64,000 bases of DNA. Origin: an uncultured Nitrososphaeraceae archaeon. Its GTDB lineage: Archaea > Thermoproteota > Nitrososphaeria > Nitrososphaerales > Nitrososphaeraceae. Numbering within the stretch: position 1 is the first letter of the stretch; each line of letters begins with the position of its first letter. This document shows, in pieces, positions 22,783 to 34,526 of the stretch. Location: NCBI GenBank assembly GCA_963765895.1, contig CAVXZB010000084.1:416001-480000 (forward strand), read 5' to 3'. The position numbers were made by a program, and so were the translations under genes. The notes under the pieces are model-generated. The model was not told where the DNA came from. It did no database searches and worked only from the letters and a program-made list of their open reading frames with translations.

Positions 22783-24591
22783 TTGCTGCTGGGCATGGGA
22801 TTTGTAAATAATAATGGAAATGACAAGGACAAACATATTTCAATAAAAACCAAGAAAATGGCTATTATTTGCATAATAATTATTATCGCAGCATCTTATG
22901 GCGTATTCTTTTTCCTTCAAAATAGTACAGAAGGAGATATCAAAAATAGCCTGTTTGCTGATCAAAAACAACGGCAGACAGAATCTACGAAAGCTATCTC
23001 ACAGCATATAAACTCAGATCTCAATTTGGTTTTGGCAAACCTAAAAATTCTTGGAAATTATGGTCATGTTCAGAATGGTAATCTTTTTAATATTAATGTA
23101 AGAAATTTAATGCAAGAAATCTATGCTCAAATTAATCCCATAGCAGACAGGCTCTTTATAATGAATCAAAATGGGACTATAATTCTAGAGAAGGCGCAAT
23201 CAGATGAACAAACACATATTGGTAGAAATATTTCCAAATTAGCCTGGATTACCAAGTCCAAAATTGACGAAGCTCCCACTTTTTCTAGTGGCTATGTAGG
23301 ATTAGATGGTATATACAGAATCGGTATTACTTACCCCATTATTAATAGAGATACTGGACAATTTATAGGATTGGTTGGAGCCGCCATACCGTCCATGAAA
23401 TTCTTCTCTCACTATGGAAACCTTTATGATATCGATTTTGGTTTTTTGGCAGTTTATGATATTAATAGAAACTACATAGCGACTCCAAGTACCCACTTTA
23501 TGGGAAAGAATTTTTTTGGAAACCAGGTCCAAAACTTTTTCCATCAGAACGACATTCAAAATCATCTGTACCACACAGTATTCTCAGGGCAGCCAAGCTC
23601 TGCAATGTATAATTTTGGAAGCGGTGAGAAGTTAAACACTGGGTATCCTATTTCTCTATTGGATAAGCCAACGTACTTTGTCTTTATCGTAACTCCAACT
23701 TCGGTTATTTACACTCATGTTGATGAAGTTCTTTACGATCAAAGAATCGAGACATTTTTACTTCTTGCAGGTATTACTGCCGCGATAGCCACGCTGATAA
23801 TATTTCTCATCAAATGGAATAGTAGTCTTTACGATGAAGTAGCAAAAAGGACTAGAGAATTACATAAGGCAAATAAGCAATTAGATCTCAATGCTAAAAC
23901 TCAGAAAGATTTTATCAATATAGCAGCCCATGAATTGAGGACACCCACACAAGCTATTGTAGGATTTGCGGAATTGGCAAAGCTTGATAGTGAATATTTA
24001 AATGTTGACAAACGCAAGGGCGGGTTTATAGATATAATATATAGAAACTCTATACGTCTCCACACACTAATAAAAGACATACTGGATATAACAAGAATTG
24101 AAAGTAATACACTGATACTTAACAAGGAACGATTTAATATATTAGATATAATCCACAATTCGCTTAAAGATATTTCGAGCCACTGTGATAATATTTATTA
24201 TATGGTAAATATATCGTTGGAGGAATCAGTAGATCCCTTATATGTAGTGGCAGACAGAGTAAGGATATATCAAGTCGTTTCAAATTTGTTGACAAATGCA
24301 GTCACATTTACTAAAACGGGGACCATAACAGTAAAGGCTAAAGTTAAAGAAAATACAGGCGATGGCCAGGTTATTGTGAGTGTCAGAGACACTGGATCTG
24401 GAATAGATCCTGAAATAGCACCACGACTATTCACAAAATTTGCAAGCAAATCAGATTCAGGAACAGGATTGGGATTATACATCTCAAAAAGTATTATTGA
24501 GGCTCATGGAGGAAAAATTTGGGCTGAAAATAACTCTGATGGAAGAGGGGCAACATTCAGTTTTACATTACCGTTGAATAAGGCGGAATAG
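22783..24591 (+). CDS. membrane sensor histidine kinase (TM-Cache-TM-HisKA-HATPase)
   Basis: H box AAHELRTP, N box NLLTNA, DTGSGI and GTGLGL, with two TM helices around a Cache-like extracellular domain. Confidence 0.95.
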   Translation: MLLGMGFVNNNGNDKDKHISIKTKKMAIICIIIIIAASYGVFFFLQNSTEGDIKNSLFADQKQRQTESTKAISQHINSDLNLVLANLKILGNYGHVQNGNLFNINVRNLMQEIYAQINPIADRLFIMNQNGTIILEKAQSDEQTHIGRNISKLAWITKSKIDEAPTFSSGYVGLDGIYRIGITYPIINRDTGQFIGLVGAAIPSMKFFSHYGNLYDIDFGFLAVYDINRNYIATPSTHFMGKNFFGNQVQNFFHQNDIQNHLYHTVFSGQPSSAMYNFGSGEKLNTGYPISLLDKPTYFVFIVTPTSVIYTHVDEVLYDQRIETFLLLAGITAAIATLIIFLIKWNSSLYDEVAKRTRELHKANKQLDLNAKTQKDFINIAAHELRTPTQAIVGFAELAKLDSEYLNVDKRKGGFIDIIYRNSIRLHTLIKDILDITRIESNTLILNKERFNILDIIHNSLKDISSHCDNIYYMVNISLEESVDPLYVVADRVRIYQVVSNLLTNAVTFTKTGTITVKAKVKENTGDGQVIVSVRDTGSGIDPEIAPRLFTKFASKSDSGTGLGLYISKSIIEAHGGKIWAENNSDGRGATFSFTLPLNKAE

Positions 24592-24716
24592 AATATCAAC
24601 TTATAGGAAAGGTTATCTCTATTTGTATTTGTTGAGACTCTTCATAGTATATTGCCATGATTTTGGCAGCAACAATAACAACAACAGACATAGCAACCGT
24701 TTGCTCTCCTGACATC

Positions 24717-24926
24717 TTAGAGCCTTCCCCTTACCTTATCGATACTGCCTTTACCCTTGTAGATCATGTAGCCACCGATTGCCATAATTATAACTCCTAG
24801 AAGGAGGTACTGTCCTGCAAAGATCATATGCATGTTGGTGGCAAATACAACAAATAACAAAAACAAGCCTACAATCATGATAATGGTCCCAAGGACTACA
24901 CCCACTATACCTGCTGCTTTGCCCAT
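24717..24926 (-). CDS. small two-TM membrane protein
   Basis: 69-aa ORF with ATG start, two hydrophobic helices and a basic tail. Confidence 0.65.
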   Translation of the reverse strand: MGKAAGIVGVVLGTIIMIVGLFLLFVVFATNMHMIFAGQYLLLGVIIMAIGGYMIYKGKGSIDKVRGRL

Positions 24927-25467
24927 CAGCTAATCACTGACTAACTCCCAAGCAATTGTCTATGAATTTGATGTTTATATCTATTGCACTTATTGGATAG
25001 CTGCCAGAATATCTTGACCAAGTCTATTAGGACAGAACTGAGAATAATTCTAACGAAACCCTTACATATGTTAAAGAATTCATTTTTGCCCTAATATCTT
25101 ATTATGTAATGACTGCATATCTATAATTTTTACATAATCTAGCGCGAAAGCATATATAAGTTCGATTACTGCTCCCCTTAACTATTCTTTTCTTGGTTAA
25201 TTCATAGAGTTCTTATCTTGACTGAAAAATAATTGAGGATACGTCCTGAGCTATATATCTTCTCCATGCACAAAATCTAGACTACTAGAATATGCAAGAA
25301 AATCATAGAATCACTTATCGGCTGAACACTAGACATTCAATAAGATTAAATAACTATTATTTATTTTCCAGAATTTAGAGACTAATATAAACAATAGCCG
25401 TTATTATTGATAATGTTAACTTTTCAAAGATTCGAATTGTTTGGAATGTAGTAGTCGCGCGTATATC

Positions 25468-25698
25468 TTAAACAGTAAATTCTAATAATGCGTTTCGTGA
25501 TTTGTTGAGATAAAGATTATTTCCGTCATAATGATCAACTATTGATTTTGGAACTATATACTCGTGCGATTTTATATTTGTGCCTTCTATTATCACTAAT
25601 TTGTCCTTATATTCTGCAATTACATTGCCACAGGACTTTTGATCGCTAGCTTTAACACCTTTTTTTGATTCTGTTAAGTATGACCAGTCTATCTCCAT
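25468..25698 (-). CDS. small PRC-barrel-like (DUF2171-like) protein
   Basis: IDW...GVKASD..SCGNV...IIEG...YIVPKSIVDHYDG.NLYL; paralogous to the N-terminus of the next gene. Confidence 0.7.
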   Translation of the reverse strand: MEIDWSYLTESKKGVKASDQKSCGNVIAEYKDKLVIIEGTNIKSHEYIVPKSIVDHYDGNNLYLNKSRNALLEFTV

Positions 25699-25930
25699 AA
25701 TTTATCACGCATAAACAAATGAACTTTAAGATATATAAAGATCTTACAGCATTATAATTATAAGGACTAGTTGGAACCACCTCATCCAAATAGTCTAATT
25801 TCTGGTTTCTCGAACCACATTTACATAGTTAGAACAGCCATATAAAAATGTAGATTAAACTATTATATACCTAAATCCGATATTATAAAATAAAAAAGGC
25901 AAAGTAAAAAATTGGACAAGGTTACCGCTT

Positions 25931-26615
25931 TTAATATTCTTCCTCTTCTTTTCTAGCAGTACCTTTTACTCTAACCTCTTCACTTGTTACCTGATCACTT
26001 ACTGTCTTAGTCTCTGTCACTGGTTTTTTCTTGACAGCTACCTCCTCCTTCACATATGGCTGCTTTGTTACCTGCACTTCTTCTTGCTTTAATGGAACTC
26101 TAATTTCTTGTTCAGATTCTACAGGTCTATCTGATGCTGAAGTCGTCGTTGTTGTTCCGCTAGCAGGTCTTCTTTCTACAGAGATTTCTTCATGTGTAAC
26201 CGGTACTTCAACAGTCTTTGTCTCAGTAACAGGTGTTTTTGTAATTGTTGCTTCCTTGGTAGATTGACTTTTTGATACTCCCAGTCTCTCTTCTGTTACT
26301 GGAACAGTTGTTTCCTCTACTTTAGTTCTATCAGCGGTACTTTGTGTTCTACTTGTAAGTGAGGACGGGGGAGATTCTCTCATATATTTTGATTGTACCT
26401 CTGCTTCAGATATCCTAAAACGTAGTTTATCGCCATCATAGCTTTCCACCTTGTCTTTTGGAATATAAAATTTCTCCTTATTTAAGAGTCCTTTTTTGTA
26501 CTAGGATATAGTTTGAATCAACTTCTTGTACTTCTCCCAGGTCTTCGTCACCGCTACCTCGTGCCTCTTTTTTTATTACGTCATCCCAATCTATGTTACT
26601 AGTAGATGTTGCCAT
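25931..26615 (-). CDS. PRC-barrel-like domain plus YsnF/AvaK (DUF2382) domain protein, one frameshift in a homopolymer run
   Basis: ATG at 26615 gives MATSTSNIDWDDVIKKEARGSGDEDLGEVQEV. One extra base in the T6 run near 26495 restores QKGLLNKEKFYIPKDKVESYDG. The C-terminus has VPVTEERL.VSK, VEVPVTHEE.SVERRP and IRVPLKQEEV.VTK.P.VKEEV. Confidence 0.85.
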
Positions 26616-27140
26616 TTTGTAGATAGATATTAATACTTTATAATAGTTGTAGAAAATTTTTTGTACAAGTATAAAATACTAATTAAGTATTATGCAGACA
26701 GTACTTTGTTCAATTGTATGAAGACAAATTGCATCTTTAATAGAAGAAAGGATGGGAGTAATCTAAGGATATATTAGCAGGCGGTTCCGCGTGGTTTTTC
26801 TCAAACAAAAGATATCGTTAGTTAATCCTTTGCTGCTGTTTTTTCTAAATGATGTCGAAAAAAATTCGATTCCGACATGCAAGTAATCCCTATCTAAAAA
26901 GATTCGAATTAGGCTTATTTTTTATTTATAAATACAATCAATAGGACAATAATAGAGAGACGCAGCTTCGCTGCCTCCTGGAACCTTGTCATTATTAGAA
27001 ATATTATGTGCAAGGCCTCACTTGGAACTTCAAGACACGCGCTGGAAAGTGTATCACAGCGTAGTTAGGAATTTGAGGTGTAATTGTTGATGCTAGCGGA
27101 AGGATTATAGCCTCCATAAACCTAATTACATACAGGAACA

Positions 27141-27368
27141 TTGAAACCAGTTTCTAATGGTGTTGAGAGAATTGCTACAGCTGCAGATACGTCAGCGCAC
27201 AAAATTAGAGGATTAAGTACTCAACTAACAGCGTTAGCCGAAGAAGCAAAGAAAGCAGGTGGATTCCAGCAGGCCTTCGGTCCTCTTGGAGATATTTTGG
27301 ATATTGGTGGCGATCAGAAAATAATACAAGAACACGAAAATAAAGTGTCACCGGGTACACATAGATAA
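27141..27368 (+). CDS. hypothetical protein fragment
   Basis: 75-aa Ala-rich amphipathic ORF with a TTG start; no family recognised. Confidence 0.3.
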   Translation: MKPVSNGVERIATAADTSAHKIRGLSTQLTALAEEAKKAGGFQQAFGPLGDILDIGGDQKIIQEHENKVSPGTHR

Positions 27369-27677
27369 ATCTTTCCCAGCCGCCTCTTGCAAGTCCACCA
27401 CTCCTAACTATCTACTTAGTGATATCCCACCTAACGTGTGTAGTGATGCCACATCTATTCTTTGCCGTCTAACAATTAACTTTTTTGAAGGCAGATAAAG
27501 CATAATTCAAATTTAAATAATTTGGTTACCCAGAGAGAATGCTAGCGGATCCTATTAATAACAATCGAAGAGAAATCGATATAGATGACAAGAATCAAGA
27601 AGAGCTATTGAGATTGTGAGCCAAGTAATTTGTATAAGAACAGAAATAACTCATTGCGACACCATATTTCTAATAAT

Positions 27678-27779
27678 CGAATGAGACGGCTCCGTAGGAG
27701 CGCTGCAATACGCGACTTGTTTCAAGAAGCACATCTCTGGGTTATAGATCTAGTGGGCCCAATCTTCATACAAGATGGA
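27678..27779 (+). pseudogene. hemB: porphobilinogen synthase N-terminal remnant
   Basis: RMRRLRRSAAIRDLFQEAHLWVIDLVGPIFIQDG matches the HemB N-terminal arm (RxRRLRR..IR.LV.E..L...DLI.P.F). Nothing further of HemB follows. Confidence 0.7.
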
Positions 27780-27838
27780 ATATTATACTGTCTTCCTTTT
27801 GATACTATAAGCATAAAATGGCAATTCTTTACTCTCTC

Positions 27839-28500
27839 CTATTCCTGTCTCCTAGTAGCAACCTGAGTATGGAATAATGCTCTACGAATTAAATATGCTG
27901 GAAAGCCTATCAAAAGCAACAGTATTGAGAGTATAATCATGTATGTCCCAGCGTCATTGTGATCGTATATAGAATATACAGTATAAAGTGAAGTCTGTGT
28001 AACAGAAAATAATAGACCTGCAAAACTCATCATACACATCAAAGACAGTAGAAGAAACAGATTAAATGATTCACCAAATGATCTTATAGCTAAATAGCCA
28101 GTTGCTCCAACTACAATAAATGATATGTGTTGAAGAATATGTACCTGTATATGTCGGTCGGCAAAATCAAAAATTGAAGGTATGTGCCAAACGGCTAAGA
28201 TAGAAATAGAAGCTATTATCCATATATCTATATTTAAATTGGTTAATAGTAAAAATTTTGCTTAGTATATGTTTCCATTTAGAAAGTATAGCAAGTCTTA
28301 GTGCAGTTTGGTTAAGTTTTATCTCTTCGTTTTTTAATCTATTTTTAATATTCTTATTATTAGAGGACGATGGTGATATGATAACAAGATATTTTAGAAT
28401 AACTTCTGCTGACATAACAGATGTTGCACCCAGTAAGAAGAAGAATAAATGCTCTAGTATCATATGTCCTGCAAGAGAGACTTCAGTAGATTCTAATATT
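27839..28500 (-). pseudogene. DUF1404/CtaG-like membrane protein, 5' truncated and frameshifted
   Basis: SLAGHMILEHLFFFLLG, then in other frames WHIPSIFDFA and HILQHISFIVVG...LYTVYSIYDHNDAG. The His-bearing TM helices resemble Caa3_CtaG/DUF1404. Confidence 0.65.
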
Positions 28501-28501
28501 G

Positions 28502-28669
28502 GAGCTGGAGGAAACTGATGACAAGAAAACAAGAGTAGTACTAAATCATTCTGGAATTACAGGAAAAGAAATTGGGAAATTATCATCAGCAGAATTTGAT
28601 AATGGTTGGACGTACTTTTTGGACAGATTGGAAAAATACTGTAAGACTAACAAAGAGAATGGAGTGTAG
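28502..28669 (+). pseudogene. SRPBCC/AHSA1 domain C-terminal remnant
   Basis: ELEETDDKKTRVVLNHSGITG...FDNGWTYFLDRLEKYC...* fits the T-x3-L-x-H-S-G and GW-x3-L-x2-L signature. No 5' half is present. Confidence 0.75.
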
Positions 28670-29704
28670 TGACAGGAAATTAGTACAAACTAATGACATT
28701 ACAGTATAGTAAATGTAGGCTTAAGCATCTATTAGTTGATAGCACTATACAATCATTTTTATCTCAGCGATGTAAATCTTATATCTGCTAAATCAATTCA
28801 CATCGCTATAATTAATGCAAAAGATCCTCACAATAATTTACTACTCATATATTCATTACTAGTCGACACCTTAAACTTAAAATAATTGAACCGAATGAAT
28901 GCTACATATTAGGGGATCAAATTATGTTATAAATTATGCTGGGTAGGCCTTAGGTCCTATGATCTCTAAATCTATTGGTATCTAAAGTATTAGATGGAAT
29001 AGAGTCCCAAATACCATAATTGTATAAAAATTGATGATTACAATGCCATCAGTGTGTTTTGAAATATTATGAGCAGATCCTTATGACACCAACTATAGTT
29101 TGGATATTCAACTTCTTGATAAACTTGAAATATTAGATTAGTTTGCTTGATAATAGATTTCCATATTCGACGATTAATCTTTTAGTGTAAGCTAGATGAT
29201 ATCTGAAAGTTAGATGGTTGGGTCAACACTGGACTAATCCATTATATCTATCGGAAATGTAAGTTAGTATTATTGGTTATTTTATCGGAATGATTAGCAA
29301 TCATATTTGTATATCATATTTTTATTTCGCTGGCTTTTAGATTTAATGTATCGTAATAATATGAATTCCATAATAAGCAGAGTCAAATTATAGCCGCAAA
29401 ATATTCTTAACTAGCCAGCTAAAATTGATCTTGGCAATATTTTGAAAATCAATAGTGGATCCGAAGTGTTAACGATAATCTTATACTTGCTATATTGAAA
29501 TTAATATGCTAGATGGGAATTTGGGTAAATCAATTATGACAAGACCGTATGTGGTCGCTTAATTCTTTTGGTACATTAAATTCGGTACTGCATAAGTCAC
29601 ATAAATTTATGGTCAGTTTTTTTGAAGTCTCTGGTACAGCATTGGCAACAGAAAGATGCTGTAAAGAAGGTATACCATTTTTACGATATTTTGAAATAAC
29701 CCAT

Positions 29705-30043
29705 TTATTTTTTTATAACTGCCAGTGGTGGAAAATATCCGGCAGTATAATATGGATAGTCCTTTACATAATATCGATATGGGTCCGGCGGTTTGTTTCT
29801 TTCATATTTTTCTTTCACTTCAATTTCTTTGATTTTAAGTCGTAATACTTTATCATCCCATTCCTGGACTTTAGATATAGGAATGTAATAATAATGTAAT
29901 TTTATAAATCCCTTTTTTATAACAAAAATATCTTTATTTACAGCTTCTACTTTACCTATATTCTTGTCATCACTAGCACAAACTGTTTTATTTATATATT
30001 CATTATACTCTTGCGATTTTATGTCTACAGATTTATCAACCAT
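29705..30043 (-). CDS. PRC-barrel-like (DUF2171-like) protein
   Basis: TVCASDDKNIGKVEAV..DIFVIKKG..KLHYYYIPISKVQEWD.KVL.LKI. Confidence 0.75.
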   Translation of the reverse strand: MVDKSVDIKSQEYNEYINKTVCASDDKNIGKVEAVNKDIFVIKKGFIKLHYYYIPISKVQEWDDKVLRLKIKEIEVKEKYERNKPPDPYRYYVKDYPYYTAGYFPPLAVIKK

Positions 30044-30059
30044 AATACTCGATGTATCC

Positions 30060-30414
30060 TCTTAGCTCTTTTTACCTTTTTTTGAAATTGATGGTATAAG
30101 AGGGATATTTTTCCTGTCAAAATTGCTATATCCCTGATTTTTCATAAAGTATTTGGCAGGATCGGGTTCACTATCTTTTTCATATTTATCCTTAATTTCT
30201 TGCTCAGTTATAGTTAACCACACTGTCTGTTCATTCTGAACCTTCGATTAAGCTAACTGGAATATAATAATAATAAGTGCACATTAACTATACCTCGCTT
30301 AACAACTACAGTATCTTTACTGGTAGCTTCAATATCACCTATATCTATAGCATCAGAAGTATGTACGGATTCTTGCGTTATATCCGCAATACTTTGCGTC
30401 GTGTCTAAATTCAT
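30060..30414 (-). CDS. PRC-barrel-like paralogue of the adjacent gene, frameshifted (not in the ORF track)
   Basis: ATG at 30414 gives ...ESVHTSDAIDIGDIEATSKDTVVVKRGIVNVH, then YYYIPVSLIEG, then TVWLTITEQEIKDKYEKDSEPDPAKYF. At least two shifts. Confidence 0.7.
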
Positions 30415-31740
30415 GGATAGTAATGATTTGGTAAAAAAGATATTTAGCCCTTATATTACTAAAATATTACAAGCACACTTGTGAATACCAGGACTAATTT
30501 TTTTCATGAATAAATTTTCAACAAATATCCGGTCTAGCTTCTTATGTTACTCTCGACTCGTATAGGTCTTATTATTATCGCATCTAATGTCAAAATGGGA
30601 TATATCTAGAAGTACATAAAATCTCTATGTTACAGGACACTATGCATTAAATATTGGCATAAACTGGATAGTTGCTTCCTATGAAATAGTCTATCATTCG
30701 TTACCGTTCCGTTTCTACAGTATATGACATTCATTTATCCTATATTCAGTTGTATATAGATTACATTTCTAGACGGCGTTTACCAGATCAAAAGTATTAT
30801 TTTTACAAGCCAATATAAACTAGTCAAATTCAGGGTATACATAATAAGTATTGACAAAATTGTTTTAATTGGTAAATTATTCACACATGATGAACGTTAA
30901 TATAGACAACCATAGATTCTAAAACAGGTGTTATGCATGATAATAAGAATTTGCTTGTTTATCATTAGAAGCGATTATTTCCTGATGTCCTAAAACTTAA
31001 TGCTACTACTATACAGGTACAAGTTGCAACGGGTCCAAGCAGATAGTATAATAAAGAATATCACTACATCGGTAGTTTTTACGGACTCATCAAAGAATGT
31101 AAATTACTCTAACATTGTATGTGAGTCTTGGCCTTGGACAAATAATTTAGCCGTCAGCTGAATTATAAATAAAATATACATTATAGATGAAGAGATAAAT
31201 AAATAGACTAACTGACAACAAATTAGAAAGTACAATATACATGTTTGCCTATCTTTATATAGTAACTGCAAGCTAGCAAGCTATTGGTTGACCTCTATTA
31301 AGATACTTTTAATCAGGTCATTATACATAGACTAGATAATGGTCAAGTCTATGTTTAGTCACTATTGGAAGCAAAATGTTCTTATCCTAATATTTAGCCT
31401 CGAAATACATCAATTAGATTACATTTGAACATTTCATCTACTTTATCCTATCGTCTTTTTGGAAAATCAAAGTCGATTTGGTTGTTACCTATTTTTCAGA
31501 GATAGACACACAGAGAATCTGCTCACAGATTAAAAGAATTGCAATACTGGAAGAGCTTTTACTTGTTGGCATACGGTCTGCACAGAAAAGTCTCAACAAC
31601 AAGGCAGAAGGTAGAACAACTTTCTTCAATAACTGCGTTTGGTGGTCCAGATCATCATGGAAGAGAAACAAAAAAAGGAAATTATATTATATTATATTTT
31701 ATACTACAACTAAAGAATAAAAGATGGAGGCTGGCTGAAA

Positions 31741-31896
31741 GTGAAGACCTGTCCTATTTGTAAAGGATATGGAAAGTTACCAGTTACGCAGGTACCGAAA
31801 GCAGAATCAGATTGTGAGGAGACAGCAGGTGATTGTCCTACTTGTAAGGGTAAAGGGAAACTAGAGGAGAACGGAAACGAATCAGACAGGACTTAA
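31741..31896 (+). CDS. 51-aa DnaJ-type zinc-finger mini-protein (two CxxCxGxG motifs; not in the ORF track)
   Basis: GTG start after GGAGG gives MKTCPICKGYGKLPVTQVPKAESDCEETAGDCPTCKGKGKLEENGNESDRT*. Confidence 0.75.
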   Translation: MKTCPICKGYGKLPVTQVPKAESDCEETAGDCPTCKGKGKLEENGNESDRT

Positions 31897-32888
31897 TAAT
31901 TGAGCGCTCGAAAGGTATCAACATGATAACTTATCCGAATTGCATCACCTGATCTCTATGGCATTTATAAAAAACTAAAACTGAATAGAGTACAAGAAAG
32001 ATATTTCTATACTCCGATTTCATGCAATTATATAATAATCTACAAACTCGTGCATTAGGGATAATGATGCATTGATTGGGTTTTGACGCAAGTATTATAT
32101 AATTGCCAATATCGATAATATAACTACTACCACCAGCGTCCTGCAATCAAAGTGAGTCACATAATAAATGTATATTGTTTCAACAATACTTGTGGAAATT
32201 GACTAGTAATAAAATAGTCTGTTGGAAGTTTAAAGATAATAGATAAGAACGAACATTATTCAAATTAAAGTTGTAGCTTGGCCATTTATACTACTAGTGG
32301 TTAAAGTAGGATCACAGATGACGATCAGTCAAAACATATAAGATACCGATTAAATATTTTTCAGGTATTGTCTTGTTATTGGCAGGAGTTACATGTACTA
32401 TACCTCTCCTTGCGAATTGGGTTTTCAGGCTCGTTCCATTTTCACAGATTGGTGGACCTAGCAAACACGGTCCTCGCCAACCCTCGTCATTTTAAAGATG
32501 ATGAAAGCTACCTAAGAAAACGTATTATATATTTTTAATCCAATACATATACTGGTCGTTGGTGGTTGTTTCATTCAAATTCAACCATAATTCTATCAAT
32601 TCTTTATTAGGTAATTCCCACAACCATTCTGCCTAAAGGTAGACAGATATTTAATATAAGTTTAGTCTATAGCTGTTGACTATTTTAGTTTGTGTTATAG
32701 TCGCTGTGGCTTTTCTATATAACCAAGTTTAGCCTAATAATCCCTCTTATAATTAGACTACCTGTGGCCATTTTCAATATCTGCTATTATTACTATTCGT
32801 ACATTACCATCAAGTTTAGGTCAAGTCAATAATTTCGTATTAGTATAAGGATAACTTTACCTAAAAAGAGAAAAAGAAAGAAGGAATG

Positions 32889-33350
32889 TTAATGCAGATC
32901 CTCTTTCATTCCCTGATTATTCCAAGTTTTGTCTATAGTCATTTCCTCAACGTTAATTGAAATTTTAACCCATTTATCGTGATTTCTAAACATATGCGTA
33001 GATACTCCTTTACGTGCTCCATGAGGGAATCTGTTGCCAATTCTGTCAATCAATCTATCTCTTAATTTATTTACTTGATATTCAGCAATCATCAGATTTC
33101 CAACTATGTTCTCTAGCTCCAGGTCCCTTTCTTCAATTTCCTCTTTTTCCAATTTTCTTGTTCGACCATTTACTTCCTAATCTGCATTTTCTATGTATTG
33201 TCTACTTCCTATTTGATAATGAATTTCATTGATATAATTTGATGTATCTATCACTGGAGTAGACAGGTTTCTACCACATACTGGAATACCAGCCTCTTCT
33301 TCTGTTTCGTTGTTTTCTAGTAGGACATAATCAGTACTACTACTTTTCAT
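32889..33350 (-). pseudogene. hypothetical protein interrupted by one in-frame TAG
   Basis: ATG at 33350 reads MKSSSTDY...IENAD, TAG at 33177-33179, then EVNGRTRKLEKEEIEERD in frame with ORF 32889..33152. Confidence 0.5.
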
Positions 33351-33690
33351 TCATTATTAGTTAGACAACATACTATAAAGAATATACTAAAATAACTCGG
33401 CCCATAAAATCATACCATTAAAAGATTGCTACAATCGTATAGTTTTGAAATATCTTATATTGAAAAAAACTTTCATAGCAAAAATTATTCTGGGTTATCA
33501 TATTAATATATTGCTTTTATTCGGATAACCATCACCTAAGGGAATACAAGTAAATGCTTATACAGAAATCTTCAAAAACTAGATAAAATTGAGAAATATT
33601 TCTTCGTGAAATAACCCTAAATTCGTATATTAATCAATATTAAGAGACTCTATAGTTGTGGATGTTATTTTGTTAAATTGACGTTAATCT

Positions 33691-34101
33691 CTATGCAGCT
33701 CTTACCGCTGTTGAACCACATCTCGGACATGTCCTTTCATTATGCTCTTTGCCACAATTCATACACCAGAATTTGATTGGATTATGATGGATATTTTCTG
33801 GTACACCATTACTGCTAAATCCTGAAGATACTGACCTATATAATCCTCGTATGCCATCCTTCATGCCAGATTTCCGCAAACCAAGATCTGTTCTAATGAC
33901 ATTAAGTGCTAAGAATATAAGCAAATAGACTGCAAAAGAAGCCGGAAAAGGAATTAGAAAAGAGACAAGAAAACCAACCCCAACATAGATCAGAAACCAT
34001 TTCAAATAATTTTTATAAATACTATGGCTGTTGGCGTCAGACTTATTATTACTTCCTCCTACTCCACTATACAAAGTTCTTCCTCCTACAATATTATTCA
34101 C
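33691..34101 (-). CDS. membrane protein with C-terminal zinc ribbon
   Basis: Two TM helices and CMNCG-x7-CPRCGS. Confidence 0.75.
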   Translation of the reverse strand: MNNIVGGRTLYSGVGGSNNKSDANSHSIYKNYLKWFLIYVGVGFLVSFLIPFPASFAVYLLIFLALNVIRTDLGLRKSGMKDGIRGLYRSVSSGFSSNGVPENIHHNPIKFWCMNCGKEHNERTCPRCGSTAVRAA

Positions 34102-34526
34102 TATCAGCTCGTATAAAGCCTATGAATACATTTGAACACACTATAACACAAAGTGGGATTAATTATAAGTATCTCAATAACTGCGGTAGCGCCAAAGTTA
34201 ACTAGAATATTAGTCATTTTTAATTATAAAGTTAAATTTGCACACCTATCATCCCATCCAGAGAACATAATAAATTCATGAATTTAATTATGGAAAGTAT
34301 AGTCAAGGTTGAACATGCAAAAATGCATTATATTTAATCAATTTGCACTTTATATTAGGTAGTTGCAGAGCGTTACAAATGCAAGTTAACTTGGTTAGAT
34401 ATTGATTATAAATCTTGATGGAGAATTACTATATGAGATGAGGGTAATTACAGCAAAATATCATCGAATTATAATCGGGGTGATACCTCACGATTCTAAT
34501 GAATTTGTATCTGTTACAGGGCTATC

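Noticed and set aside
27141-27368. Resemblance to a viral tape-measure fragment
   Set aside because: Compositional impression only; no other viral genes, integrase or att sites are seen.
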